This document shows positions 43,782 to 58,531 of a stretch of 64,000 bases of DNA, one piece after another; position 1 is the stretch's first letter, and the number at the start of each line of letters is the position of its first letter. The notes under the pieces are model-generated. The model did no database searches. It worked only from the letters and a program-made list of their open reading frames with translations, and was not told the DNA's origin. Origin of the DNA: the human T2T-CHM13v2.0 reference genome, Homo sapiens. A program made the translations under genes and the position numbers. The stretch lies in the NCBI RefSeq assembly GCF_009914755.1, contig NC_060947.1; one strand, written 5' to 3'.

Positions 43782-46457
43782 TCATCTCCATCAGAAAGTG
43801 GGCAAAGGACATGAGCAGACAGTTCTCAAGAGAAGACATTAATGTGGCCAATAAACATGGAAAAAAAGCTCAACATCACCGATCATTAGAGAAATGTAAA
43901 TCAAAACCACAATGAGATACCATCTCAAGCCAGTCAGAATGGCGACTATTAAACAGTCAAGAAACTACAGATGCTGGCGAGGCTGTGGAGAAATGGGAAT
44001 GCTTTTATGCTGTTGATGGGAATGGAAATTAGTTCAACTACTGTGGAAGACAGTGTGGCAATTCCTCAAGGATCTAGAACCAGAAATACCGTTTGATTCA
44101 GCAATCCCACTACTGGGTATATACCCAAAGGAATATAAATTAATTTATTATAATGACACATGCACACATATGTTTATTGCCGCACTATTCACTATTCACA
44201 ATAGCAAAGACATGGAACCAACCCAAATGACCATCGATGATAGACTAGATAAAGAAAATGTGGTACATATATACCATGGAATACTATGTAGCCATAAAAA
44301 AGAATGAGATCATGTCATTTGCAGGGACATGGATGAAGCTGGAAGCCATCATCCTCAGCAAACTAATGCAGGAACAGAAAACCAAACACCACATGTTCTC
44401 ACTCATATGTGGGAGCTGAACAATGAAAACACACGGACACAGGGAGGGGAAGAACACACACTAGAGCCTGTTAGGGGGGCGAGGGCAGGGAGAGCATCAG
44501 AACAAATAGCTTATGCATGCAGGACTTAATACATAGGTGACAGGTTGATAGGTGCAGCAAACACCATAGCACACGTTTACCTATGTAAAAAAACCCGCAC
44601 ATTCTGCACATGTATCCCAGAACTTAAAGTAAAATAAAATTTTAAAAAGTTATATGATCATCTCAATAGACACAGAAAACCTTCTGATAGAATACAACAT
44701 TTTTTCTTGATAAAGACTCTCTACAAACTATTCATTAAAGGAACATTCCTCAAGATAATAAGAGTCATCTACACACAGCCAACATCAAGCTGAAAGGACA
44801 AAAGCTAAAAGTATTCTCTGTTAGGGAACAGGAACAAGCAAATGATGTCCACTCTCACCACTCCTATTCAACATAGTACTGGATGTCCCAGTCAGAGCAA
44901 TCAGGCAGGAGCATAAAATAAAAGACATACACATATAAAAAGAAGTCAAATTATCTCTCTTCACTGATGATATGATTCTACACTTAGAAAACCCTAAAGA
45001 CTATGACAAGAGGCTCCTAGACCTAATAACTGACTTCAGTAAAATTTCTGGATATAAAATCTATGTATAAAAATCAGTAGCATTTCTATACACCAACAAC
45101 ATTCAAGTTTATAGTCAAATCAAGAAAGCAACTACATTTACAATAGCCACAAAAAAATTAAATGCCTAGAAATATATCTAACCAAGGAGGTGAAAAACCT
45201 CTACAAGAAGAACTATACAAAACATTGCTGAATGAAATCATAGATGACACAAACAAATGGAAAAACATTCCATGCTCAGGGATTAGAAAAATCAATGTCA
45301 CGAAAACGTCCATATTGCAAAAAGCAACCTCAAGATTCAACACTACTCCCACCAAACTATCAACATCATTTTTCACAGAATTAGAAAAAAACGATTCTAA
45401 AATTTATATGGAACTGAAAAAGAGCCTGAAGAGCCAAAGTAATCCTAACCACAAAAAAAAAAAAACAACAAAGCTGGAGGTATCACATTACCTGACCTCA
45501 AACTCTACCATGAGGCTACAGTAACAAAACAACATGGTACTGCTACAAAAAGAGACACGTAGACAAAAGTAACAGAATTGAGAACCTAGAAATAAAGCCA
45601 TACACTGACAATAAGCTGATCTGTGACAAAGTTGACAAAAATATGCAATGGATCAAGGACTCCTTATTCAATAAATGGTACTGGGATAACTAGGTAATCA
45701 CATACAGAGGAATTAAACTGGACCCCTTCTTATCATCATATACAAAAATTAAGTCAAGATGGGTTAAACACTTAATGGTAAGATCTACAATGCTAAAAAT
45801 CCAAGAAGAAAACCTAGGACTTACCCTCTGGACATTGGCCTTTGCAAAGAATTTATGAGTAAGTTTTCAAAAGTAGTTGCAACAAAAGCAAAAATTGACA
45901 AGTTGGACTCAATGAAACTAAAGAGCTTCTGCACAGCCAAAGAAGCTATCAATTGATCAACCAGATTATCTACAGAATGGGAGAAAACGTTCACAAACTA
46001 TGCATGTGACAAAGAACTAATATCCAGAATCTATGAAAAATGTAAACAAATAAACAAGTAAAAAGCAAATAACCCCATTAATATGTGGGCAAAGTATGTA
46101 AACAGACGCTTCTCAAAGGAAGACATACAGGTGGCCAACAACTATATTAAAAATACTCAACAACACTAATCATCAGATAAATACAAATCAAAACCACAAT
46201 GAGTTACCATCCCACTCCAGTCAGAATGGCTATTAGTGAAAAGTCAAAAAATGACACATGTTGGCGAGGCCGTAGAGAAAAGAATGCTTATACATTGTTG
46301 CTGGAAATGAAAATTATTTCAGCCACTGTAGAAAGTAGGTTGGAGACTTCTTAAAGAATTAAAAATACAACTATTATTTGACACAGCAATCCCGTTACTG
46401 TGGTATATCCAAAAGAAAATAAATTGTTCTGCCAGAAAAACACATGCACTCATATGT

Positions 46458-48703
46458 TCTATTAGTCCACTTTGTGTTGCTACAAAGGAGTACCTGGGGC
46501 TGAGTAACTTATAAAGAAAAGAGATTTATTTTACTCATGGTTCTGCATGCTGTATACACATGGCACCAGCATCTGCTTGGCTTCTAGTGAGGACTCAGAA
46601 AGGTTTTACTCATGGAGGAAAGGAAGAGGGAGCAAGCATGTGACGTGGAAAGAAAGCAAGCAAGCAAGAGAGAGATGAGGGAGGGTACCAAGCTATTCAT
46701 GAGGGAACCACCTCATTACCCAAACACCCCCACCAGGCCCCACCTCCAACATTGGGGATGACATTTCAATATGAGATTTGAAGGGAACAAATATCCAAAC
46801 CATACTTTTTTGCCCCTCATCCCCCAAACCTCATTTCTTTCTAACATTTCAATATATAATCTACCTTTCTAATAGCACCTAAACTCATTGCAGCATCAAC
46901 CCAAAAACTCAAAATCCAAAGTCTCATCTGAAACTCAAGGCAAGTTCCTTACAGGTATGATCTTGTCAAATAAAAAAACAAGTTATTTACTCCCAAGATA
47001 CAATGATGGCACAGGTGGCATTGGGTAAACATACTCATTCTGAAAGGGAGAAATCAGGCAAAAGAAAGGGGCAACAAGCCTCACACAAGTCTGAAACCCA
47101 GCAAGGCAGACATTAAATATTAAAGCTCCAAATAATGTCCCTTGACTCCATATCCTGCTTTCTGGACACACTGGTGTAAGGGGTGGGCTATCAAGGCCCT
47201 GGACAGCCTTACCGTCGTGGATTTGCTGGACATAGCCCACATGGCTGCTCTCATGGGTTGGACTCTGATGCCTACAGGTTTTCCATGCTGAGGCTGAACG
47301 CTGCTGCTGATTCTACCATTCTGGAATCTGGAGGTCAACAACCCTGTTTCCACAGTTCCACTAGATGGGGATTCTGCATGGTGCCTTCAGCCCCATATTT
47401 TCCCTTGGCACTGCCCTGGCAGAAGTACTCTGTGGGGGCTGCATCCCTGTGGCAGGCTACTTCCTGTGCACTCAAGCTTTCTAATACATCTTCTGAAATC
47501 TAGGTGGAACCTGCCAAGCCTCCCTCACTCTTGTAATATTTGTTCCTGCAGGCTTAATACCACGTGGAAACTGCTAAGGCTCATAGTAGCTTGCACTCTT
47601 CAAAGCAGCATTCTGAGACGTACCTGGGGCCCTTTGAGTCAAGCCTAGAGCTAGAGAAGCTGGAATGCAGGGATCAGACTCCCAAGATGGTTCAACGCAG
47701 TGGCACCCTGACCCTGGCCTTAAAACCATTATTTTCTCCTAGGCCTCTGGTCCTGTGATAAGATGGACTTTCCTGAGGACTTCTGAAATGACTTCTAGGC
47801 CTTTAATCTATCAAGTGTTTGCTTAACAGGCTTCTTTTTCCTTGTCTGTGACATGGCCAGGCTGCTAATTTTCCAAACTTTAATGCTCTGCTTCCCTTTT
47901 AAATTCAAGTTCCAACTTTAAGTCATTTCTTTGCTCCCAAATCAGATTGTTAGATGCAGGCATGTCATTTTTTAATGCTTTGCTGCTTAGAAATTTCTTC
48001 TCCAGATAACCTAGGTCATTATTCTTAACTTCAACCTTCTGTGAATTCCTAGGGCATGGACACAATACAGCCAAGTTCTTTGCCCTGAGAACAACACAGG
48101 TTACCTTTACTCCAATAGCTTCCTCATTTCCATCTGGGACCTCATCAGCATTACCTTCACTGTCCATATTTCTATCCGCAGTTTGGTCACAACCATTTAC
48201 CAGTCTGTATGAAATTCCAAACTTTCCCTCATCTTCCTGTCTTCTTCCAAACCCTCCAAACTCTTCTAACCTCTGCCTGTTTTCTAGCTCCAAAGTCACT
48301 TATACATCTTCTAGTTATCTTTTTAGCAAAACCTCACTCCTTCATACCAATTTAATGTATTAGTCCATATTGTGTTGCTATCAAGGAATACTCATGGCTG
48401 GGTAATTTATAAAGAAAATAGGTTTATTTGGCCCACAGTTCTTCAGGCTGTGTAAGCATAGCACCAGAATCTGCTCAGGTTATGCTGAGGCCTCAGGAAG
48501 GTTTTACTCATGACAGAAAGGAAGGGGGAGCAGGTGTGTCATATTGCAAGAGAGTGAGCAAGAGAGAGAGGAGGGAGAGTACCAAGCCATTCACAAGGAA
48601 TCTACCCCCATTATTCAAACACCTTCCACCAGGCCCCACCACCAACACTGGAGATTACATTTCAACATGACATTTGGAGGGGGAATTTATCCAAACCATA
48701 TCA
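46458..48703 (-). mobile_element. Two-LTR MaLR provirus (MSTA/B-type LTRs plus MST-int)
   Basis: 3' LTR ~46458-46807, internal 46808-48355 ending ttcataccaatttaa, 5' LTR 48356-48703; imperfect TSD tatgt/tgtat. Confidence 0.9.
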
Positions 48704-49172
48704 TGTATTCATCATAGCACTATTCATAATAGCAATGCCATGAAATCAACCTAGGTGCCCATCAATGGTGGATTGGATAAAGAAAATGTAGTACATATAC
48801 ATCATGGGTATACTATGCAGCCATACAAAAGAATGATGTCGTGTCCTTTGCAACAATATGAATGCAGCTGGAGGCCATTAGCCTCAGTGAATCAACAAAG
48901 AAACAGGAAACAAAATACTGCATGAAATATTTGGTACACATGGGCATAAAAATGGGGACAACATAGGGAGAAGGGGTGCAAATATTTCAAAACTACCTAT
49001 TAGGTACTATGCATACTACTCAACATATCCATGTAACAAACCTGCACAGGTACCTCCTGAATCTAATATAAAAATTGAAATTACAAAAAAGAGAAGATAC
49101 TTTTTCACTTAAAATCATACAGTCTAGAACATTTTGGATTAACTAATGGTAGTTTAGTACAACCATTAATAT

Positions 49173-50073
49173 ATTTTTAATTATTAAAAGACTATATTTT
49201 AGATTAGTTTTAGGTTCACAGCAAAATTGAGAGGAAGATATAGATTTCCCATTTACTCCCTGCCCTCACATATGCACAGACTCCCTGGTTATCATCATCC
49301 CTCATCAGAGTGCAACACTTTTTACAATTCATAAAACTATGTTGGCACATTGTAAACATCCAAAGCCCATAGTTTTCTTAAGGTTTACTCTTGCTGTTGT
49401 ACATTTTATGGGTTTAGACAAATGTATAAATACATGTATGTATTTATACATGTATTCATTATTATGGTATTATACAATGTATTTTCATTGCCCTAAAAAG
49501 TCCCCTGTTCTTCACCTGTTAATCACTTCTCCAACATTCATATCTTGGCAATCACTGATCTTTTTGCCCTCTACACAGTTTTTTCTTTTCCAGAATGTCA
49601 TAGTTAGAAGGAGTATGTATTCAGATTAGCTTCTTGCACTTAGTAATATACATTTAAGCTTCCTCCATATCTTCTCATGGCTTGATAATTTATTTCTTTT
49701 TAGCACTGAATATTATTTCATTGTCTGGATGTATCACTATGTACTTATCCATTCACCCACTGAAGTACATCTTAGTTGTTTCCAAATCTGGGCAATTATA
49801 AATAAAACTGCCACAAACCTCCATGTCCAGGTTTTCAGTAGACATAAGTTTTTAACTCCATGGGAAACTACCAAAGAGCGTGATTATTTGATTGTGTTAT
49901 ATGAGTATGTTTAGTTTACTTTTATGAAAAACTACCGAACTGTCTTCCAAAGTGGCTGTTTCATTTTGCATTCCCACCAGCAATAAATGAGAGTTCTTGT
50001 TGCTCCTTAACCTCATCAACATTTGATGTTGTCAGTGTTCCAGATTTTAGCCATTGTAATAGGTTTGCAGTAG
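49173..50073 (-). mobile_element. L1MC-type 3' end
   Basis: ttttaggttcacagcaaaattgag...ccaaagcccatagtt...ccaaagtggctg...cattcccaccagcaat. Confidence 0.85.
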
Positions 50074-51096
50074 ACCATTCACTTTTTACTGTTTTCTCAT
50101 TTAGCTTGCCCTAATTAACCTCATTTTTTTCAACCAGTAGAATTGCCTCTTTACACATAGCTTTCTGACTAGAGCTACCTGTGAAGGAGACTGCCTCTGA
50201 GGAGAGAAAACAAAGGAGGAAATAACCAGGGCTTCCTGCATGCTAAAACGGGGGTCACTATTAGTAATTCTAATTCCAGAAATGCTGTGCCAGAAGAAAT
50301 GAGACAACACTGGGGAATCAGGAGAATAGAGATTATAAATCAAGGGATTAAAAAATCAGGAATGCATTCTGAAAGAGTTAAGCAGAGGTAGGAACAAAGA
50401 GAAAGGCAAGACAGGAAATGAAGTATAATAGTATGTGCAATGGACATTTTTTCAGTCCTGTCTACAGTGATTTATCTACTAAATGTGGGGCTGTTGAGGA
50501 GTCTATTCTATCATCTGGCACTCTGTGAGGTGCTTCTAAGTCACTGCTTCTTTAGATCTGTCCATCAAAAAGTTACTGGAGTGGGGCTATAGGCTGTCAC
50601 CCCACAGGTGTTGCAGAAGACCTTACAAGTCCAGAATAGCCTGAACCACACACTGTGCCTCAGCATTCCTTCCCCAATGACTGAAATTAGTAAGTTGTGA
50701 AGAGGAGTGGGGTTGAACAGTTGTCTGTGAGAGATTAGAGTTATGACGCATCAGAGCTTAACAGAAGAAAGGAAAACTGGCACACAAAATAAGAAATCAG
50801 AGTAGAAGCCACCTCTTGTGTGTGAAACCCAAATCCAGGTAGTCTTCAACTTAAGATACAAATAGAATATCAGATGTAAAACTTGCAGAAGTAAAATATT
50901 TGCCAGATCTTTGTATGAGGCCAATATGTTACCAGTATTTGTCAAGATCTTATTAAGATGAGAAGGTAGATCTTGTGACTGAGTCTACAATTTGAGTAAT
51001 CTTAGCATCTGCAGCTGAGTAAAGTTCTGTAAGATCAGGATGGACAGTTTCTATTAACTTAAGGAGCACAAAATGAATAGAATGATGATGGCTCAA

Positions 51097-52183
51097 TGTT
51101 GCAGGAAGTCAGGGACCCTGAACGGGGGGACCGGCTGAAGCCATGGTGGAAGAACATAAATTGTGAAGATTTCATGGACATTTATTAGTTCTCCAAATTA
51201 ATATTTTTATAATTTCTTACGCCTGTCTTTACTGCAATCTCTGAACATAAATTGTGAAGATTTCATGGACACTTATCACTTCCCCAATCAATACCCTTGT
51301 GATTTCCTATGCCTGTCTTTACTTTAATCTCTTAATCCCATCATCTTTGTAAACTGAGGAGGATGTATGTCACCTCAGGACCCTGTGATGATTGCGTTAA
51401 CTGCACAAATTGTTTGTAGAGCATGTGTGTTTGAACAATATGAAATCTGGGCACCTTGAAAAAAGAACAGGATAACAGCAATGTTCAGGGAACAAGGGAG
51501 ATAACCTTAAACGCTGACTGCCAGTGAGCTGGGCGGAACAGAGCCATATTTCTCTTCTTTCAAAAGCAAATGGGAGAAATATCGCTGAATTCTTTTTCTC
51601 AGCAAGGAACATCCCTGAGAAGAGAATGCGTCCCTGAGGGGAGGCCTCTAAAATGGCCGCTTTGGGGGCGGCTGTCTTTTACGGTTGTTGCTGTGGGATG
51701 AAATAAGCCCCGGTCTCCCATAGCACTCCCAGGCTTATTAGGATGAGGAAATTCCCGACTAATAAATTTTGGTCAGACTGGTTGTCTGCTCTCAAACCCT
51801 GTCTCCTGATAAGATGTTATCAATGACAATGTGTGCCCAAAACTTCATTAGCAATTTTAATTTCGTCCCAGTCCTGTGGTCCTGTGATCTCGCCCTGCCT
51901 CCATTTACCTTGTGATATCTTATTACCTTGTGAAGCATGTGATCTCTGTGACCCACACACTATTCATACACTCCCTCCCCTTTTGAAAATCACTAATAAA
52001 AACTTACTGGTTTTACGGCTCGGGGGCATCACGGAACCTGCCGTCATGTGATGTCTCTCCCGGACACCCAGCTTTAAAATTTCTCTCTTTTGTACTGTGT
52101 CCCTTTATTTCTCAGACTGGCCAACACTTAGGGAAAATAGAAAAGGACCTACGTGTAATATCAGGGGTGAATTTCAGCCAATA
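51097..52183 (+). mobile_element. MER11 solo LTR (HERV-K11/HML-8)
   Basis: tgttgcaggaagtcagggacc start, duplicated aacataaattgtgaagatttcatggaca, end caggggtgaatttcagccaata; perfect 6-bp TSD gctcaa. Confidence 0.95.
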
Positions 52184-52694
52184 GCTCAATATTCATTGGT
52201 AAACCAAATAGACACTAGAATTTAATTACAATAGAGATTGTCACTAATTTTTGTTGACTTAAGAAAATGCATGCTTACTGAAACTATTCATTTGTTCTAT
52301 TTTCCATTCGCATCTCATAGTTTTTTCTTTTGGTATGTTAAACTTGGGAATTCCCACATGTTTTTCTTTGGATAGGATTTGAGTCACTCTGTCCAGATGG
52401 GAAATTGAATCATATGGTGTTTTCACTGCATGAAGTGAAAATCTAGATACCATAAGAGTGACTGGCCAACTGCTCAGATAGCACCATCAAGTCTGCAGAT
52501 TTGCTAGTCTTTTCAAGAGCTGCTCTTCATCATGGAAATTTATTTTCTAGCAGAGTACTATTCTGATTTTCTTGGAAAGAGAAAAAAAGGAAAAGAGTGG
52601 AACAAAAGAGGAATACTTAAAAATTCAGTACTTGCTTTTTACTGTAGGTCTCTGACTAAACTTCTCTCTTTCTAGAATTACAAAAATTAAAAGG

Positions 52695-54053
52695 GACTAC
52701 CCTCCCTTTTCTTTTATTTCAATTTATGTGGTTTCAGTCACTTCCAGTAAATGGAGATCTAAAAATATTAAATGAAAAATGCTAGAAATAAACAATTCAT
52801 AAGTTTTAAGTTGCCCATTGTTTAAGTAGCATAATGAAATCTCATCTGTCCCTCTCCTTCTGGCCTGGGATGTGAATAATCCCTTTTTCCAGCATATCTA
52901 CACTCTCTATGCTCCCCACCTGTTAGTCACTTGGAAATCATCTTCATTAACAGATCAACTGTCATAAAGATACAGGAGCTAGAAAGAAATTATTTAGGCA
53001 GATAGTGAGAGCAAAAGAGTTCTCGGCAAAGCTTCCCTTCTAACAAAAATCAGCCAAAGAAATTATTTTTTTCTAACAAAGAGCAGCCTGAAAAATCAAG
53101 CTGCAAACATAGATAAGCAAGCTGGAAGCTTGCATGGGGGAATGCCGGCAGCTGTGCCAATGGAAAAGGGCTACCTGGGGACCAGGCATATCCAACATGG
53201 AGGCTCTATCTTCCCTTCTTTTTGTTACCACATGTATAGTAAAGGAATGGGCAACATGGTGCCAGCCAGGCAGAAGAACCCATTTGCATAATAAAAGATT
53301 AGGGTGGAGACTGCCAGTTTTTTGTGCCCTATGCAAATGACACACATAGTCCTAACCAGTTTTTCATGCCTTATGCAAATGGCACACCTGGTCCAACCAA
53401 TCTTTTGCACCCTATGTAAATCAGACAACACCTCCTCAAGCTAATCTATAAAACCCCCTGCATTTCACCATGGAACTAGAAACCCATTCAGGACCCCTTT
53501 CTCTGCAACAGAGAAAGCTTTTCTCTTTTTTTGCCTATTAAACTTCCGCTCTCAACCTCATTCTTTGTGTGTCCACGTCCTAGTTTTCCATGGCCATGAG
53601 ACAACCAATCTTGGGTATCACCCCAGACAACAAGGCCACTTCAATAATATTGCAGTGTTTGTGTTTAAGTCACCCTAATTTTACTTAATCGGGGCCCCAA
53701 AGTGCAATAATAGTGAAGCTGACAATTTCCATATGCCAAAGAGAAGAGAAAGAAAAAAATCATATGCTGAGATTACTAAGCTCTATGTAAAAACCTATCT
53801 TCTATCTGTAAAATTGCAAAAAAGGAAAAAGAAATTTGTACTAGTTTGCTGCCACATCTCAGATTGCAAAAGTTATGGCCACAGTGCATAATAAATACTT
53901 AGTTAAGATGAAAAAGGCATTACATTTATGGGTGGAAGACACAAACAGAAATGTGATCTTATATATGACAGTTGGGTTTGGTACTATACATAGTTTCAGG
54001 CATCAACTGAGGGGCTTCATAGGTAACACCCCAAATAAAGGGGGACTATTGTA
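52695..54053 (+). mobile_element. MER44/Tigger7-derived DNA transposon, split by an ERV1 LTR
   Basis: aaataaacaattcataagttttaa...tgttagtcactt...; ggccacagtgc...gaaaaaggcatt...ggggactattg-TA end. Confidence 0.75.
52968..53643 (+). mobile_element. ERV1 MER4-group solo LTR (LTR43-like)
   Basis: gatacaggagctagaaagaaattatttaggcagatagtgag...ctataaaa...attaaa...ccccagacaacaaggccacttca; 4-bp TSD ataa. Confidence 0.8.
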
Positions 54054-54978
54054 TTAATGTAAGAAATAGTGGGACCTTAAAAGGACCAAACCTTTTAGAA
54101 AAATTTGAACACTATATCCTTGAGTGTATATGGCATATCTTCTTATCTGATATATATATTTTTCTAACTAAAAAGATTCCTTTTGCAAGGCTGTCTCAGG
54201 ATTGTATCAGGGGAGTTCTTCTTGGATGCTACAGTGTAGTAGAGAAAGATAATTTCCACTGTTTTCTTACCTGAGGAGTCTTCAGGGGCTATAGAAGATA
54301 AATAGCTGCAATTACAAGAAAAAAGGAGCCTACTAACTCCAGAAGGGATGTCACTAATGGGAATACTGTTGTTAAGTCACCTTTAAAGAAATGCACACAC
54401 AGTGACCAATAAGCACTTTGTGTCTTGAAAGAAACACATCTTATGACTCTAATACTTATCCCAGCCTAGCTTTTAAGAGATAGCCTACGCAGGAGCCCAT
54501 ATAAAAGGTTAACCCAACAATTTGTGAATAGTGACCATGCCTTTAGCTTTCCTGAACACCTAATACATAAATTGACACAGAGCAGTATTTCAAAGAACAG
54601 ATGAACAATTTTATCTCTTCCTAGCTCACTCCTAGCTCTATTTTTCTTTTTCCTTTTCTTTCCTAATAAACTGTTTTACATTTTATTATTTATTCATCTT
54701 ACTGTTTTTCCTGCTGTGTATGCTCTCAAATTTCCTAAGTAGGAATGAACTTTACTTCATGTATGCTTCATCTTTCCCTTTATGATTGACACACTTAGGT
54801 AACATCACACTGGGCATGACAAGGTCCCAAACATACTCCTTTCTGCATATGTTTCCTGCAGCTTACTTCTCTCTAACACCCCAAAATTAATGTGGCAGGA
54901 ACCATCTTATCTAGATTTATGGTTCCTAAGGAAGATTTAATTCTTGTGTCACCTAAGGTGACTGAATTAGCATCTTGT

Positions 54979-55186
54979 CACACATGAGGGTGAACAACAC
55001 ACACTGGGGTTTGTTGGGTGTGCAGGGGTAGGGAGAACATCGGGAAGAATAGCTAATGGATGCTGGGCCTAATATCTAGGTGACAGGTTGATCTGTGCAG
55101 CAAACCACCTTGGGACACATTTAACTATGTGACAATCCTGCACATCCTGCACATGTACCCTGGAACTTCAAAGTCAAAGGAAAAAC
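54979..55186 (+). mobile_element. Short L1PA (L1PA10-13-like) 3' end
   Basis: aacaacacacactgggg...aatagctaatggatgctggg...cacatgtaccctggaacttcaaa. Confidence 0.85.
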
Positions 55187-57823
55187 ACTTCTTGTGATGT
55201 CATTGAATAAAAAAGATAAATTAAGAATTATTTTCAGAAAATTATTTTGTATGACATAAGTCTTCAACTGGGGCTGGACAAATATAAATGTGACCGACTT
55301 TGAGACCCATTGTTATTTATTGGAACTAACTCCTAGAGAATAACATGTAATGAAAAACTAGCAATTTTAATGGCAAACGATCTGTGTCAGGGCATCCTTA
55401 ATAATTTTACTAATATTTAAGCCTAAAATACGTATCGGTTTGGGGTTGTGGTTATGTTGATACAATTACTTGCAGCAATCACAAATCAGAATTTTTTTGG
55501 CAATTTCCTTAATCTCAACAGGGATAAATTTGAAGAAATTTCCAAAAATGATTGTATCTTGCTACGTGTTACAAATAAAATATAAAGCAAGTGTTGTAGT
55601 AACAGATGTTGAATAAATAACTATATGTTCTCTGAGTTATTACGAAAAGGGTACACTCTTAATCTAGCCTACCTCCTCCTTATGATTAAATTCAAATTCA
55701 GACTTCTTGGTCAATATCATGTAAATGTAGATAACTTGGTATGCACTTCACTCTTCTGTTCTTTTCATGATCTATTAATCCCCAAAGATCAGTAACAGTC
55801 TTACATCCATTTCTTTTTTCCATATTGCGGGCTTTAGTATATATTGCATGTAATATAAGTTAAAAAGTTACAACTGACTTCTTATAAGTAAGTGAATGAG
55901 TTTTCCCCATACATTTTTCATTTATGGAAAGATTATTCCTGTCTCTGGCTTTGAACAGTTTAAGTTTATACAGTGTTTTCTCCAATTTTCACCTGTTATA
56001 CACATGTAAGATTTTAAGCAACTCATTCTGTGATGTAGTCAAATGAAGAGTCACGTATGTCTTCAACTTTTCAACATGCTCTGTGGTTTCATTCATAGAA
56101 TGTAGTTATTTCAAGACTGTGAACAAAACTAAAGTCATAATGATCCTACAAAATATATGGATTCTCATATATTCAACAAGTATTTCTTGAATACCTACTG
56201 TGCACAGGTTCTGTGCTAAGCGATAATACACAATAACAAAACTATTGTGTATGAAGATGAAAATAATTATTAACTTTTTATTTCCTACAAAATGGAACCA
56301 AGAGAGATTTGCCACCTTTATTAGCTATAAAAGCACAGGTAGTATGGTAGTTGTGGGACCCATCACTCCTGTTAAAATTGCTGTTGAGTCTTTGTCCTTT
56401 TGTACTTAGATTCATTGAGTAGAAAGTATTTGTTCCGAGTAATAATAAGTTATGCTTTATTATCATCTGTCATTTTCTGCCTGAACTCTGCACCTTGAAA
56501 TAAACATCAGAGGTAAGAAATACTTGGGTGTGCTGATGATGTAGTGTGGTGGGGTGAACTGAAGTTTCTCTGCCTCTTAGACAGATTGGATTTAGCAATC
56601 AGAGTGAAGCAATGGGGCATGGTGTCTTTCATTAATAGCTAATACAAGAAGCTTATAACATCATCAGGGCAGGGAAAGGGGAAAAATATCTTAATAAAAG
56701 AAGATAATATTTAGTTAGAAATAAAGCCAAAGTCAAGGTAGATGAAGAGAAATGTCTTTTGTGGTCAAGTTGGGAATATTTTAAAGAAAATTGTCTCCCA
56801 CAAGATGTGATGTGAATAATTTCAGACATTGCAGGGAAAGAGAAGCAGAGTGGAAACCTTAAACTATTCTCAATCCCATTATTGGAACCAAAGCAAACCC
56901 CTCACCACACCTTTCTGGGCAGAACCAGCAGTATAACTGGGCAGATCCAAAACAATTTACTTGCATCATAACCAAAGTTTCACATTTGCAAGTCTTAAGG
57001 TGTCAAGTTGCTTGCCTTATGCAAAGTTAATGGCCTGAAGCATCAGAACAAATGAAAGCAAAGAAAACCAGTTGCTGAATGAGATAAAAGTGGGGAAAGG
57101 TGATTGAATTAGCAGTTTAGGAGCAACAAGAAGGAGCATGTACAGTCATCCCTTGGAATGCTTGGAGGACTGGTTCCATGACCCCCTGCAGATACCAAAA
57201 TCCACCAATGCTCAAGTCCCTTGTATAAAATGGTGTAGAATAACCTACAAACATCCTCCCATATACTTTAAATAATTTCTAGATTGTAGACATGCATCAC
57301 TTTGTGACGAGAGTACTTTTTGAGGATGCGTTGTTAGGCGATTTCATCATTGTGTGAACATCATACAAACTGAGCAGCATGTGACTGTACAAAACTATAG
57401 GGTATCCTAATACAATGGTAAGTATCTGTGTATCTAAACACCTGTAAACAGAAAAGGTACTGTAAACATATGGTATGAATAACAAAAAATGGCACACTTG
57501 TATAGGCCACTTAACATGAATGGAGCTTGTGGAACTGGAAGTTGCTCTGCATGAGTTAATGAGTGAGTGGTGAGTGAATGTGAAGGCCTAGGACAATACT
57601 GTACACTACTGTAGACTTTATCAGCACTGTCCACATGGACTACACTGAATTAGTTTTACACAAAAATACTTTTTAAGGTATTCTTCTTTAATAATAAGTT
57701 AACCTTAGCTTACTATAAGTTTTTACTTCAAAAACTTCTTTTTTTTAACTTTTTGACTCTTGTAATAACACAGCTTAAAACACAAAAACATTTTACAGCT
57801 GTATGAAAATATTTTCTTTCTCT

Positions 57824-58531
<708 letters not shown>

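Noticed and set aside
47880-48299. 139-aa ORF
   Set aside because: MST-int remnant within the MaLR provirus; not a host gene.
51151-51330. ~92-bp tandem duplication
   Set aside because: Regular part of the MER11 LTR as I recall it, so not locus-specific.
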